A DNA stretch of 64,000 nucleotides from Selaginella moellendorffii (taxonomy: Eukaryota; Plantae; Lycopodiophyta): the NCBI RefSeq assembly GCF_000143415.4, contig NW_003314281.1, positions 1,220,481 through 1,284,480 on the forward strand, in the 5' to 3' direction. This document shows, piece after piece, positions 25,001 through 37,104 of the stretch; within the stretch, counting starts at the first letter, position 1; every line of letters begins with the position of its first letter. The position numbers were made by a program, and so were the translations under genes. The notes below the pieces were generated by a model, which saw only the letters and a program-made list of their open reading frames with translations, did no database searches and was not told the origin of the DNA.

Positions 25001-26471
25001 ATGGCGTGCAGGATTTCTGTGATTTCCAGGCATATTTCTTCGCCGCCGCTGGAACATCTCGACGATCTGGGGATTCGTGTCGCGCCTGAGGTTCGATCGG
25101 CTCTTTCCAGTGGCGTCGGTGTGGTTGCACTGGAATCGACCATTGTATCGCATGGTATCGCGCTTGTTAATTTCTTCCGACTTCCATTCGAGTGATTTTC
25201 TTGCTCTTTGCCAGGAATGCCTTACCCGCAAAACTTCCATACAGCTCAAGAGGTGGAATCCATTGTGAGAGCGAACGGGGCCGTGCCGGCAACCATAGCC
25301 ATCTTAGACGGTGTCCCATGCATCGGTATGCTTTTGTTTCGTTTTCTGGTTCTCTAACACAGCATGGATAGGCTTGAGCTTGGCGGAGCTCGAACGGCTT
25401 GCGAAGCTTGGTACCATGGTTTCAAAGACCGCTAGGCGCGACATTCCTTACGTCGTAAGCTCTTTTTTTACTTGTTCTCCACAGTTAGTGTTTTTCTTTC
25501 CCAGATTGCTCGTCGAGGAAACGGAGCAACCACTGTTTCAGCAACAATGTTTTTCGCTTCAAAGGTAGTTTCTACATTGGGAAAAAGAGGAGTCTCTGAT
25601 GGATTATGTTCCAGGCGGGAATCAAAGTGTTCGTAACTGGAGGTATTGGAGGAGTTCATCGACAGGGCGAGTCAAGTAAGCCCAATGTTCTTTCTTATGT
25701 CATACTTTTGTGTCTTCAACTTTGTTTTTATTAAGCTATGGACGTGTCCTCGGACTTGACAGAACTGGGTAAAACTCCAGTTGCGGTGGTTTGTGCAGGG
25801 GTAAAATCAATCCTTGACATTCCACGAACACTTGAGTACCTGGTAAGACCATCGTATAGCGCACGAGTGTTTTACTATGAAACAATTTGCAGGAAACTCA
25901 AGGAGTGACGGTTGTTAGCTACTCAACTGATGAATTTCCAGCATTTTTTACTCCTAACAGTGGCTGCAAAGCACCTTGCCGAGCAGACAGCGTGGAGGAA
26001 TGCGCAGACATCATAGGTAAGCTCTAGCCATCGTGGTTATCGATTCTAACTTGACACTGCAGAGGCAAGCACGAAGTTTGGATTGAGTTCAGGCATTTTG
26101 ATCGGGGTTCCAATACCCGCAGAGCATGCAGCGGCAGCTAAGAACGTGGAATCGGCCATACAATCGGCATTGCATGAAGCAGAGTACGTCTCAGTGACCT
26201 CTCGCTATTCCTACGTGTGTTTTCTTTATAGGAGCAGAGGTATTGCCGGTAATTCTGTGACGCCATTCTTGCTCAAGCGCGTCAACGAGCTCACTGGAGG
26301 CGATTCATTGGCTGCAAGTATCCTTTTGTTTGGTAGTCTTCGTTTGGTAGTTTTTCTTTGCTACAATTGACAGATATCCAGCTCGTGAAGAATAATGCAC
26401 TCGTTGGTGCGAAAATTGCAACGGCTCTGACAACAAGGCTGAGTCGCTTCACTAAATCGTCTTGCCACTAA
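25001..26471 (+). CDS. PUMY: Pseudouridine-5'-phosphate glycosidase (PsuG/IndA family)
   Basis: Spliced motifs [12 protein letters not shown]|[63 protein letters not shown]. Confidence 0.92.
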
Positions 26472-27083
26472 TGTCGTCCACGAAACGCGTACGTGAAAAC
26501 ACTGTTTCTTTTTCCCATCTGTTGGGTTCACCACTCCTTGCCTGTTTCTTTATTTCTGTGCTTTCAACAGATTATACTTCCCGCGGCATGTCGCTAGGTA
26601 GTGGCAACGGACAAAACACCACAGCTGTTAATGCCAGACACGGAAAAACTAAACTACTTGAAAGTGAGGTACTTACGAGGTAGAGACGATCAACATCAAC
26701 ACGTTTATTGGTTTTGATTTTCGTCTTGCTGTGTTGGATTACAGATGGGCAACGAGCTCAGTTTTTCTCACGAGAAACTTTTTGCCACACAGCCAATCCT
26801 CTCTTGCCATTGGAGCCTCGCTCGCGCAGAAGCTTCCTCCCATACCAACAACATATGGTGACCTTACTCTCTCTTGAGCTGGATCTTAGTAAGCCTCCAA
26901 CTCATTCTTCTCCCGATCACGCGCTTATTCCGCGGCAATGGCTACATCCTATAAATCTCCATCACCACCCCAGTGTCAACCATTGCAAACTCCATCCCGT
27001 CTGCTACCAGTCTTCGAAGTTTCATCCATCCAAGCCTCTGATCATACAAGTCTTCTGTTCTTGCCAGGACTTCCGATCGAGCA

Positions 27084-28073
27084 ATGGGTGCTCTCAAAGT
27101 CATTGCATTGCTGTTGTTGGTCGAGCTTGCGCTCTCTGCTCGTCTCCCACCAAAGTCAGATGTTTCTTTCTCTCAGAACTACTATGTCCGATGGGCCAAC
27201 GATCATACGCGAGCCCTCAACGGTGGCACCGAAATGCAGCTTGTTCTCGACAAGGCATCAGGTAACAATCTCTCTTTCTTTCAAAGCTTCTCTTTGCTGA
27301 TCAAGTCCTGTTGCATGATAGGTGCTGGATTTGGGTCCCGCAGCAAATACTTGTTCGGTCATGTCAGCATGAAGATCAAGCTGGTTCCCAAAGACTCTGC
27401 TGGAACGGTGACGGCATTCTACATGTCCTCCGAGACCGACAAGCACGACGAGATCGACTTTGAGTTCTTGGGGAACGTTTCCGGGCAGCCATACATCGTC
27501 CAGACCAACGTTTTCGCCAATGGCGTTGGAAACCGGGAGCAGCGACACTACCTCTGGTTCGACCCCACTCAGGACTTCCACAGCTACTCCTTCCTCTGGA
27601 ACAAGCAGCAGATCATGTAAGTGAGCCCTCCATAGCCACTAGTTTATATCGATCGATCATTGCTGAAGCTGTGGTTTTGGTCCCTCAGATTCTACGTGGA
27701 CGATGTCCCTCTGCGTGTCCACAAGAACAACGAAGCCATTGGGATCCCATTCCCGAAGAGCCAGCCAATGGGGATCTACTCGAGCCTGTGGAACGGAGAC
27801 GACTGGGCTACTCGCGGCGGACTGGAGAAGATCAACTGGGATCACGCTCCATTCGTGGCGGCGTACAAGGGATTCAGCGTGGATGCTTGCGCCGGGGGTG
27901 TGGAGTCGTGCAGCGCTCCCAGGGGCAACTGGTGGGAGCAAAAGGCATTCCAGCGTACCGACAAGGAGACCAAGAGCAAGCTCAAGTGGGTCAAGGACAA
28001 CTACATGATCTACGACTACTGCACCGATAGCAAAAGATTTCCCACCACTCCAGCCGACTGTGGCCAGTTTTGA
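27084..28073 (+). CDS. XTH: Xyloglucan endotransglucosylase/hydrolase (GH16), copy 1, 3 exons
   Basis: Signal peptide, catalytic [27 protein letters not shown]-like CTATAAAT at ~26948. Confidence 0.95.
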
Positions 28074-28284
28074 GAGCTTCCATGTACTTACATTCTTTTG
28101 TACAAAAAAACACACATTTTTTTTTACCAGACTTTACATGCTTCCTCAGTAAGATCATGCCATAGTTGCCGACTGTGGCCAGTTTTGAGAGCTTCCATGT
28201 ACTTACATTCTTTTGTACAAAAAAACACACATTTTTTTTACCAGACTTTACATGCTTCCTCAGTAAGATCATGCCATAGTTGCC
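28053..28284. repeat. Two-unit ~115-bp tandem duplication
   Basis: GCCGACTGTGGCCAG...CCATAGTT is repeated at 28053-28167 and 28168-28281, with GCC microhomology at the junctions. Confidence 0.95.
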
Positions 28285-29611
28285 TGGCTCTCATCGAAAA
28301 TCGGTGCGAGATACCACGCGTAAGGAAGGCCCTTTTCCTCGGAGGAAGTGTTGTAAGAGGCATGCGTGATTTTTCGCCTTCTAAAGTATTCTCCCCATGC
28401 GTACTGTACTATGAACCTGCGGGAAGAAGAAGGTGTTTGTGAAAAGGCACGAGCTTGAATGAGAAAGTTTTTTTAAAGTACCACAAGACGATGGCGATCG
28501 CACAGAGGGAGATGAATAGTATCGCTGTGACTTGGGATTCTCCAGAGTACTTTATCCATCCGATGACGATCATGCTCAGGAGGAAGAGAGAAACACCTGC
28601 GGCAAAAGAAAGAAAAGCTGAGCTCCAGGATTTGGCAACTGTTTTGTACGGCTTACCGAAAGAAAAGGAATGGAAAGCTTGCTGCCAGGTAGTCTCACAT
28701 CTGCGTGGACAGCAAGATCATGAAAGAGTGTACTTACGACAGAAGGAAAACAAGGAAAAAAGAACGAAAAATCTACCTGCAATACCAAAAGGCTTCCAGA
28801 GTTCTCCTGGGCGCAGGAGGATGATCACCTGGATTGTAGTTTCGGCAAAAGTCTAAGCAGTTAAAGATGAATTCCTCCTCGGCTTCTTCGTTGACATAAG
28901 TTCTGCCAATCTTGAGAATGCTTCCTAGAATAAGCGTGCAGGTAACCATTGACATGATCATCAACCCTTCCTGTAAGAAAAGAGTGAGCTGAATTTTAGG
29001 TAGATTAGGAAATCTCACCACAACAGCCGTGAGGACTCCATACACTCCAAACAAGGCCTACTGCGAGAAACAATGAGTCCATGAACCGCGAAGAAAAGTA
29101 ACTTCGAAACAATCAACCTTTGAAAACTTCATTTGTGGTTGGAACTGCGTAAGCGTGACAATAGCGAAGCCTGCAAAGAGCGCTGACAAGTTTGACACTG
29201 CCTTGAGAAGCTCCGATTTCTCTTCCACATCTCGCCGATTCCTCTCCACAAATCTGCCAAAGGAAAGAAGTTTTAGACCAAAAGAACAAGAAAAACAAGT
29301 CGAGAAGCCTGCCTTAGCCAAAGGCAGCGCGCATTCTCCAAATTCCTATACTCCAGATTCTCCTGCCTCCACCTGCGATCGATCCATCACTGCAAGAAAT
29401 CCCTTGCTCTAGACCCTCACCATCGCTTGCTCGCGCGCAATTCGGCGTCGTCCTTCCTCACTCGGCGCTCCACACGCATCCACTCCACATCCTGCGATCG
29501 CGCCTCGTGAATGTGCGCCCGCCAGGCCGCGTCCTCCTCCCGCCACGCCCGGTTCATGCCGCTGTCCAGCGCCGCGAGGATGCCCTGCGCTGCGTCGCCC
29601 GCGCTCGCCAT
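28269..29611 (-). CDS. Orai/CRAC-type four-TM channel homologue, multi-exon
   Basis: Spliced: EEKSELLKAVSNLSALFAGFAIVTLTQFQ (TM1), YGVLTAVV|EGLMIMSMVTCTLIL (TM2), GVSLFLLSMIVIGWIKY (TM3), VTAILFISLCAIAIVLW (TM4). The model needs one GC-AG intron. Confidence 0.82.
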
Positions 29612-29621
29612 AGCTGGCAAG

Positions 29622-29720
29622 AACCCTAAACCTTTAAAAAAGTATTACACGCTGGCATTAAAATTTCCATCGCGAGCCCTAAACCTTTAAGACAACTTTA
29701 CACGCTCGCATTAAATCCCT
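29622..29720. repeat. Degenerate ~50-bp direct repeat in the Orai upstream region
   Basis: CCCTAAACCTTTAA...TTACACGCTxGCATTAAA occurs twice. Confidence 0.7.
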
Positions 29721-29768
29721 TTTAAAACGTAAGGAGAAAAAGTATACAAAGGTTTATAGGTTTACCAA

Positions 29769-30883
29769 TCAATCAACTGGGATTGGTACCATAATGCTAT
29801 CATTTCTTGCACTTGCAAAGATCAGTTCTTCCAGCTCCCCTTCCTCCGAATCCACATGATCTAGAAAAACTCACAAAGAATGAATCAAAGATCTTCTAAC
29901 TTAGCGGCTTTTCATCGTGCTAACCTGGATCCTCGTCGAAGAGGATAGCTTTGCTGGTGCCACTGCTCTTGAAAACCTCCATCTTGATCACGCGATTGCC
30001 TCCAAACACCTCCAGATGCACGAGATCGCCAGTCTCGAGCTCCTGATCCTCCACAAACTGCCTCCATTCATGGCGCTTCACCATGAATCTCCTCCCGGAG
30101 CTGTGCACGCTCAGCGATTGGCAGCTCCCGCCATTGATCACGCGGTACTGCATCCCGATGTTGATGTGCGCGCGCACGAATCCTGGGGGCAAGTTCTAGA
30201 GCACACAAGCAATCACAGAGAAGCCAAGGTTGGAGGAGAAAGATCATAGAATCCCAGGGGAAGATCGATACCAGAGTGAAGCTGGGCGACAAATGCGACC
30301 TGGTGATCTTGATGTCGATGCTGGGCTTGTCCGTGTCGCTGCAGATCGTCACGCTCGACGGCCTGCCATTCCCCTTTGCGCGTTTCCTGGCTGGCGGCGA
30401 CGCACTGTTGTCATCTCCCGAGACTTTGGAGCTGGAGTCCAAGCTCGCCGCCGCCCGGTTCTTGGCACCGCCGCCGCCGCTCCTCCGCCTCTTCCTCCTC
30501 GGAGCTTTTTCCTTCTCCGCCTCTTCCTCTTCCTCGTACTCCTCCTCCTCCTCGTCTCCCCCCGGGCGAAAGCTTTGGAGAAGCTCCAGCTGCTCGTGCT
30601 GGCTATGGCGATCATCGTAATCGCCATCACCCTCCTCGTCATCGTCGCCCTCTTTTTCTTCCTCCGGGTCCTCTCCCTCGTCTACCTCTCGATGCTGCGC
30701 TTGGAGATGGCGATAGCTCGCGTCGGGATCGCCACCACCGTCGCCCACACTCTTCACTCGCAAATTCCAGCCATGCTCGCCTCCTCCATCTTTCTTCGTC
30801 AAGCTCTTCCTCCGAATCACAACGCTTGCTTTCACCTCTAGCTCTTCCTCCGCGCCGAGCGCCCGATCGAGACTATTTCCCAT
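29769..30883 (-). CDS. B3-domain-like protein (REM/VRN1-like), paralogue 1
   Basis: Acidic/basic N-terminal half, then IKITRSHLSPSFTL|ELAPGFVRAH...WRQFVEDQELETGDLVHLE, a B3-like pattern. The last exon is inferred. Confidence 0.65.
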
Positions 30884-31140
30884 ACAAACTCCACCTAAAA
30901 AGCCTAGTTGAAAAAACCAATGCGTCTACCTCACCAAGAACCCTAAAAACCACCCCTCACACAACTTGTCCCTCATACAAACACTTATATAATGTTTGAA
31001 GTTTAACAATACAACAAACCAATGCTCTATGGAGCCCTCGGTTACAAAGAAAGTGATTTTCTGTAGGAACAGTGTCTCCAGAGATGAAAAGGAAACGAAG
31101 AACGAAGAAAAAAAAGTACCAAGATGACCGGAAATTAATC

Positions 31141-31180
31141 TTAAGCCGCGACGCCTTCTGCTGGGGAAGATTCAGGCCCG

Positions 31181-31212
<32 letters not shown>

Positions 31213-32527
31213 TGTTGCTACTCCTGCTGCTGCTGGTGTTGCTGCTCCCGATGTTGCTGCTCCTGCCGAATCTGGACATGAAACTGAGCTAGCAACAAGC
31301 GTGTGAGTCAAGAGCGAAGTACAAAACCTGTTACTCCCGGCGAGTAGAGCTCAGCGCCGCCAGGTCCTGGAATGCCAAGAACATTAGCTCTAGAACACCT
31401 GAGAGAAGCAAGAGATCCAGCAAACCAGACAAGAGATCCGAGCAAGCCAGACAAGAGATCTGAGCAAACCAAACAAACAGATCCGAGCAAACCAGACAAA
31501 CAGATCCGAGCACAAGACAAAGAGAGCACACGGACCTGTGTTTGGGTAGGGAGGTGGAGACGCTGATGGCTCCGCTGGAGTGTACTGCGCGAGCGAGTGA
31601 CCCTTTTCGATCCGGAGCTTGGACTTGCCCTCCATCTCGAAGTGCACAGTGTCGTTGAGCTGGAGATTGTGCTCGTGGACGATCTGGGCCCAGTGCTGCT
31701 TCTTAAACTTGAACCTCGTCTTGGTGATCTCCTCGATCTCTAGGGACTTGCCCTGCACGCCGTTTGAGATGTCGAAGAAGCTCCCGTGCATCGCAACGAA
31801 CTCTGGCGGCACAGTCTGCGAGAGCAAGCAAGTCAGACATGGATGGATGGTAGAGAAAGCTCTAAGCTTCGAATCAAGCACAGAGAGAAAGAAGGCTCGA
31901 GCAAACTCCAAGTCGGACATGGATGGATGGACAGGCTAAAACTAGAGAAAGCTCCAAGCCTCGAATCAAGAACAAATATCAGCAAGAAGGAAAAAAAAAA
32001 GCACAGAAAGGGAAAAGGAAGAAAAACAAACCACACAGGGGAACAAAGCAGGAAGCAAGAAGAAAAAGGAAGAAACTAGCTCAAGAACACAAAAGGGAAG
32101 AAGGACTTACCACATGGAAATTTGGAGAAAGGTGTGACTTTAGCACGCTCATGTCCAGGCCGGAGTTACTCCACTTCATACACGAAGTCTTCCTCCCAGC
32201 GTAGCGCCCCGTCCGCGGCGTCGCCCCTTCCTCCAGCGGCTGCTGCTGCTCGCTATCGCTCGAATTCGCCTCGTCCAGCGCCCCCACCTTCAAAATCTTG
32301 CGCGCTCGCATCGACCGGTCGTCGGCGCTCTTGCGCGCCCTGCTGTCGCCGTTGGGCACCGCGTACTTGGGCATTGCCTCCGCGGCGGGCGTCTGCTCGG
32401 CATTCCCATTCGCGGCGCCATTCGCCTGCTGCCCGCGGCCGCCGTGATCCACCTTCTTGATGCGCAGCGTCACCTCATACTCGTCGTCCCGGAATACCTT
32501 CTCGAGATTGTTGCCCATCTCCGCCAA
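31141..32527 (-). CDS. B3-domain-like protein, paralogue 2
   Basis: VLKSHLSPNFHV|TVPPEFVAMH...WAQIVHEHNLQLNDTVHFE, with the same intron position as paralogue 1. The 3' exons are uncertain. Confidence 0.6.
31410..31520. repeat. Intronic minisatellite, about five copies of a ~22-bp unit
   Basis: Unit (G/C)AGATCCGAGCAAACCAGACAA with variants. Confidence 0.85.
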
Positions 32528-32883
32528 GAATCGCCGCCGCCGCCGCCGCCGCGAGATCCACAGCTCTTCCTTCTCCCGCCGAATCGAGGAGCGCGCTCAC
32601 ATTCTCTCCAAAATCCCGCTCCAGATACCCCAATAAGAGAACCCCTGAGCCCTAAGACTCTGCTTCCATTTCTTGATAAAGACGATTCCATGGGATATTC
32701 CCCCACCACGTTATTTCCCTGTGTAAGTAATTGATTGCGCAAGAACAAGGCCGTGTTCTTCCTTTCTCCGCTCGCTACTAAAACGTACCACTGTGGTCTC
32801 TCTTATTTTTCTTCCGCGATGGAATGGATCGATCGAGAGAGCGAGAGCGCTCCTCCATTCTTTTTTGCTGGTTTTGGCGTTGT

Positions 32884-33754
32884 CTATAAAATCTCCCACT
32901 CCGAGTCTGATTCTTCCTTGGGATTTGTCACGGCGGTAGCGCTGCTGTCCCAGTTTTCCACGATGCCAGAGCTTTTCTTGTACTCGTCCGTGATGTACCA
33001 CTGAGCAACTTGGTCGCCGGCTTCCACCACGGTATCGCTCTCCTCGGCCTGGGAGCAATCGAAAACATGAAAAACACGAGAAGCAAATGATTGGAGAACC
33101 TGTGATCCGGAAGAAGTTGTTTGGGCTTGGGTCTCCGCGAGCTCTTCGATCTCGGGCTCTTCAATCTCGGGACCATGCGTTTGATGGAGCTGAGCATCAC
33201 CTCCTGACAAAGCAAATCCATTTAGCCACACAAGCTAGTAATCCAAAAAACTTGGAAAGCTTTCCGTACCTTGCGAAACTCCCCCTGTTTCTGCCTGTGT
33301 TTGCGAATCCTCTTGCTTGACAGCGGCTTTTTTCTTGCTCGCCTCGCATCTACACTGGCACTTGTCGACGTGCTTGCACTCGTCCTCGGCTGGAAGCAAG
33401 TCACGAATGAGCTCCGAGCACACCTTTCTCATGGTTGCTCCAGCCGTCGATACCTGGGTCTCGAAGTACTTCCCAGCCTCCTGGAATCGCAAAACATAAC
33501 AGAGCTTGGAGCTTAGACTTGGAAACAAACGCTTAGACTTAGAAAGAGAGAGAAAGAAAGAAAGAAAAAAAAAAGCTCTAGCTCCACTACTCTAGAGCCT
33601 ATCTCTTTGAGAAAAATCCTCTCACCTGGAAAAGGAGCGAAGGGTTCTTGTCAGCCTCCACGCAAATGGCCTCGATCTTCATATACATCCGGTCCATGAA
33701 AGATGCCTCCTTGGATGGAGCTAGAGTCTCATCGGCTTCGGGCTTTTGATACAT
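32884..33754 (-). CDS. ATI3/At2g31130-like protein with a C-terminal ATG8-interacting motif
   Basis: Spliced N-terminus MDRMYMKIEAICVEA...Q|EAGKYFETQVSTAGATMRKVCSELIRDLLP and C-terminus ESDSEWEIL*. Start codon tentative. Confidence 0.65.
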
Positions 33755-34347
33755 TCTTCCTCCAATCGCATTCCCTGCGAAGCCAGGAGGAGAGATTCAG
33801 CCATCGCAGCACTATTCAAGCGGCAAAGACGACCCTAGAGGAGAAAGGACCAAAAACTGGGAGGAATCCATCGCGCGAGCGCCAGAACCGAGAAAAGAAT
33901 CCGTAATATCGCTAGGGGAAGGGGAGAATCCTCTCCAGGATCATCGCGGGGGCGATCGAGGCCAAAAAACAAGACGATCGTTACCTGTTTGCGAGCTCCT
34001 CCTGCGCCAATCCTCGCCTGGATTGCGAGAGCTTAAAGAAATCGCGCAGGATCAGGGCAGCGGCATACGCACCGCTCGTGGCTCCCAAATTTCCACGATC
34101 GCTTTGGCGGAGAGAAGAACTTTCAGGCGGCCGAGAATTATCCCCGGCAGGGCGCCCGTCAATGTGCCCGTCGAGGCCTCTGACGTGCTGACGGGCGGCC
34201 GTCATGACACTGGAGTCTGGACTGGCGTACACGTGTTGGAAATGTGCCGTACGCCACTGGGCCGGGTGGCCAAAATTCCCTTCCAAGCTATGGAGATGTT
34301 TGGATAAACCCTAGTGAGCTCTAGGGTTCTTTGCGAGCGCTCGAGCG

Positions 34348-34761
34348 ATGGATAAGATTTTCGGTCCAGCGTATCGCGGCGATCCTGGCGTCCCGCATTC
34401 CGGGAAGGAGAATTTCGAGAACATCTTCATGGCATCGGTGGGATTCACGGTCTACACTTGGTTCTTCCCATACTACTGGGAGCAGTCGCATTTCCTGTAC
34501 AAGTGAGTGGCCATTTCGTCTTCTCTCCATTCCAGATTCATTCGTTTCGCAGCTTTCACGACATCGCGATGTGCGCCGAGCATCACCAGTGGAGGAAAGC
34601 AATGCAGAAGGGCGAGCGCTACGAATTCAAGGTAAGACCTCTTGTGCTTCTCTCAAATCTCTCATTTTCTTGTTTTCTTTTGTTCTTCCCAGTGGAACAA
34701 GTTCATGAAGCCAAAGGAGCGACGCTCTTACTACTACCGCTGGAGAGATTACTACCCCTGA
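34348..34761 (+). CDS. Mitochondrial complex I plant-specific subunit P1 (At1g67350-like), 3 exons
   Basis: Spliced protein MDKIFGPAYRGDPGVPHS...FHDIAMCAEHHQWRKAM...YEFK|WNK...SYYYRWRDYYP*. Not represented in the ORF track. Inverted telo boxes at 34306-34328. Confidence 0.88.
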
Positions 34762-34897
34762 AAGGAAAGGAGAGCGTTTCTCTGGCCAACTTCATGGAAA
34801 TGTTCAAGCTCAATCACAGCAAAGAACTTCCAGGTCCTGTTTTGTTTTTCCTTTTTCAGTTCTTTCAATGGCAAACAACGGGAAGCTTTCTAAGTGT

Positions 34898-35776
34898 TTA
34901 TAAGTCTCCATAGCGACGACCATCGTCCTGTTCCTGGAAGCTACTCCCATTCCCGACGAAACCATTTTGGAGAGCAGGATAAACTCCATAGCCATATAAC
35001 TGTGGCCTCAGGTATGGAAACTGGAATGGACAATCAGTCGAGTACTGACTTTGCTGTGTGTAGAAATCCAGCTGCTGATCGCCTTGTGGCGTCCAGTCAT
35101 ACGAATCGATGGAGCTCCAGGCAAAACCACAGTCATAAATCGCAGCCTCGGCCAGCTGCTTGTGCTGGAAGTTATCAGCCTTTTGGAGCTCTGGAGAACA
35201 AAGGAAGAACTTAGCAACGAAAGCGAGGAAAGAGAACAACTTACCGCCAGCTCCATGAGCAAAGTGGCACTTACCACCGAAGGAGCAGCGGCCGGAGCTC
35301 TCCCACTGGTTGCAAATCCGGGTCTTCCAGTTCGGTGGCCGGATGGAGCTGTGATCGATGCTGCTACATGACGACGACGGTGCCTCGTCGTGGAGAAACG
35401 TGCAGCGATCAGCGTAGGGGCAGCTTCCTTCTCGGAAGAACTTACAGGGCCGGGTCTTGAAGCTCTGAGCAGCTGGATCGAGTGGAAACGATGGTCCTGC
35501 GGCGACGAGATCAGCCGCTGGCCTGCGAAGCTCCTCCACTCCGTGAGCAAAGTTACACCTCGCCTCGAAGGGGCAGCTCCCAGCTATGAACTTACTGCAC
35601 AGCTTGGTCTTGTAGAAGACCTTTGCCTTGCTTGAATCCATCGCCATCGAGGAGGAAGTTTGATGATCAACGAATTCATACCACGAGCTTTCCATCATCG
35701 TTCTCTGCGTGCTCGCTGTGATAGAATCATCACCCAGGAGCTTCTGTCCATTATCTTCCTCTCGCAATTCCTCCAT
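34898..35776 (-). CDS. Tandem CCCH zinc-finger protein (three fingers)
   Basis: KTKLC..C..CNFAHG, KTRPC..C..CTFLH, KTRIC..C..CHFAHG. Probable in-frame intron at ~35243-35193. Confidence 0.88.
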   Translation of the reverse strand: MEELREEDNGQKLLGDDSITASTQRTMMESSWYEFVDHQTSSSMAMDSSKAKVFYKTKLCSKFIAGSCPFEARCNFAHGVEELRRPAADLVAAGPSFPLDPAAQSFKTRPCKFFREGSCPYADRCTFLHDEAPSSSCSSIDHSSIRPPNWKTRICNQWESSGRCSFGGKCHFAHGAGGKLFSFLAFVAKFFLCSPELQKADNFQHKQLAEAAIYDCGFAWSSIDSYDWTPQGDQQLDFYTQQSQYSTDCPFQFPYLRPQLYGYGVYPALQNGFVGNGSSFQEQDDGRRYGDL

Positions 35777-35998
35777 CTCATATCGCGAACAATGGCCAAC
35801 CACCAAATTTTCGTTTCGGCATGAAAAACCGTCAAGTATATTCCGTCATCGTCAAGCACAGAGGGTAAAAAAGTACTAAAAAATATTCACTGGAGGAGAG
35901 GAAGAAAAAAGAAAAAATGAAACAACAAATGTGACACCGATCATCGAATCTACGTAAATTTTCCCTTCTTTTCTCCTTCGTTGCAAATTTTTTCCTCC

Positions 35999-37104
35999 CT
36001 AGCAGCAGCCACCCTTCTGGTTGAGAGGTTGCCCCTTGTTGAGACTGACGTTGTTGGGCTTGTTGCTGTTCATCGCCGGTTGGCTCGCCATCCTGGAAAC
36101 AATCACGAATTCTTCCGCTTAGATCGTGATCCCTTTGATCTTTTCTACATACCTGTTCTTGATCTCCGCAGCCATGGTCATGAATGCCTGCTCTACGTTG
36201 GTCGCATTCTTGGCACTGGTTTCTAGGAACGGGATTCCTATCTCGTCTGCAAAAGCCTGGAAGTAGAAGCCTTTTAAGATCTTGTCTTGCAAAAGGAAGA
36301 ATAGAAAAGCAGAAGAAAATAAACAACTTGCCTTGGCAGTCTGGGTGTCGACGACCTTCTTGGCCGTGAGATCGGCCTTGTTACCGACGAGGAGCTTGTT
36401 CACATTCTCGCTCGCGTAGCGATCGATCTCGTTCAGCCACTGCTTGACGTTGTTAAAGCTTTCCTGGTCGGTCACGTCGTACACGACCTGCGCGAACGAG
36501 CAAACGTGTCAGGGAATTACCATCGTGTGGAAAAACTGTAGGCCAGCTTACGATTATCCCGTGAGCGCCACGATAGTAACTGCTGGTGATGGTCCGGAAG
36601 CGCTCTTGCCCAGCAGTGTCCCACTGTTGTTCGCAATTGAAAAAGAAATAGTTAGAACTATACAAAACCTTTCCAACTGTCTTACAATTTGGAGCTTGAT
36701 GGTCTTTCCTTCCAGCTCCACTGTGCGAATTTTCTGTAGCAAGGAAGCCAAGCCGTCAGCGAGAGGATTGGCACGGCTAGCGAATGCGTGATACTTACAA
36801 AATCCACCCCGATAGTGCTGATGTAGCTCTCAAGGTAAGAATCGTCCTACAAACAAGCAAAAGAACAAGAAAATTCATCAATTCATCTCAATCACAGCAT
36901 GCAAAATGTAGAGCCGCTTACCGCGAATCGCAGCAACAGGCACGATTTTCCCACGCCGGAGTCGCCAATTAGCAAGAGTTTGAAGAGGTAGTCACTGCAA
37001 AGGCCAGGCGCCAGGGAGGAGAGAGGTCAATGACTGCAGAATCTAAACCCTAAAAAACAGCAGCGCCGGGGATGGAAAGAGTGCGCTTACTACTCGGGAT
37101 TCAT
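35999..37104 (-). CDS. RABD2: Rab1/RabD small GTPase, 8 exons
   Basis: MNPEY|[47 protein letters not shown]-terminal GGCC. Confidence 0.95.

Noticed and set aside
31072-31281. Cys-rich ORF resembling a metallothionein
   Set aside because: Antisense reading of a (GCA)n microsatellite in the B3 gene's last exon.
31410-31520. Possible CRISPR-like array
   Set aside because: Units are contiguous with no unique spacers; this is an intronic minisatellite in a eukaryotic gene.
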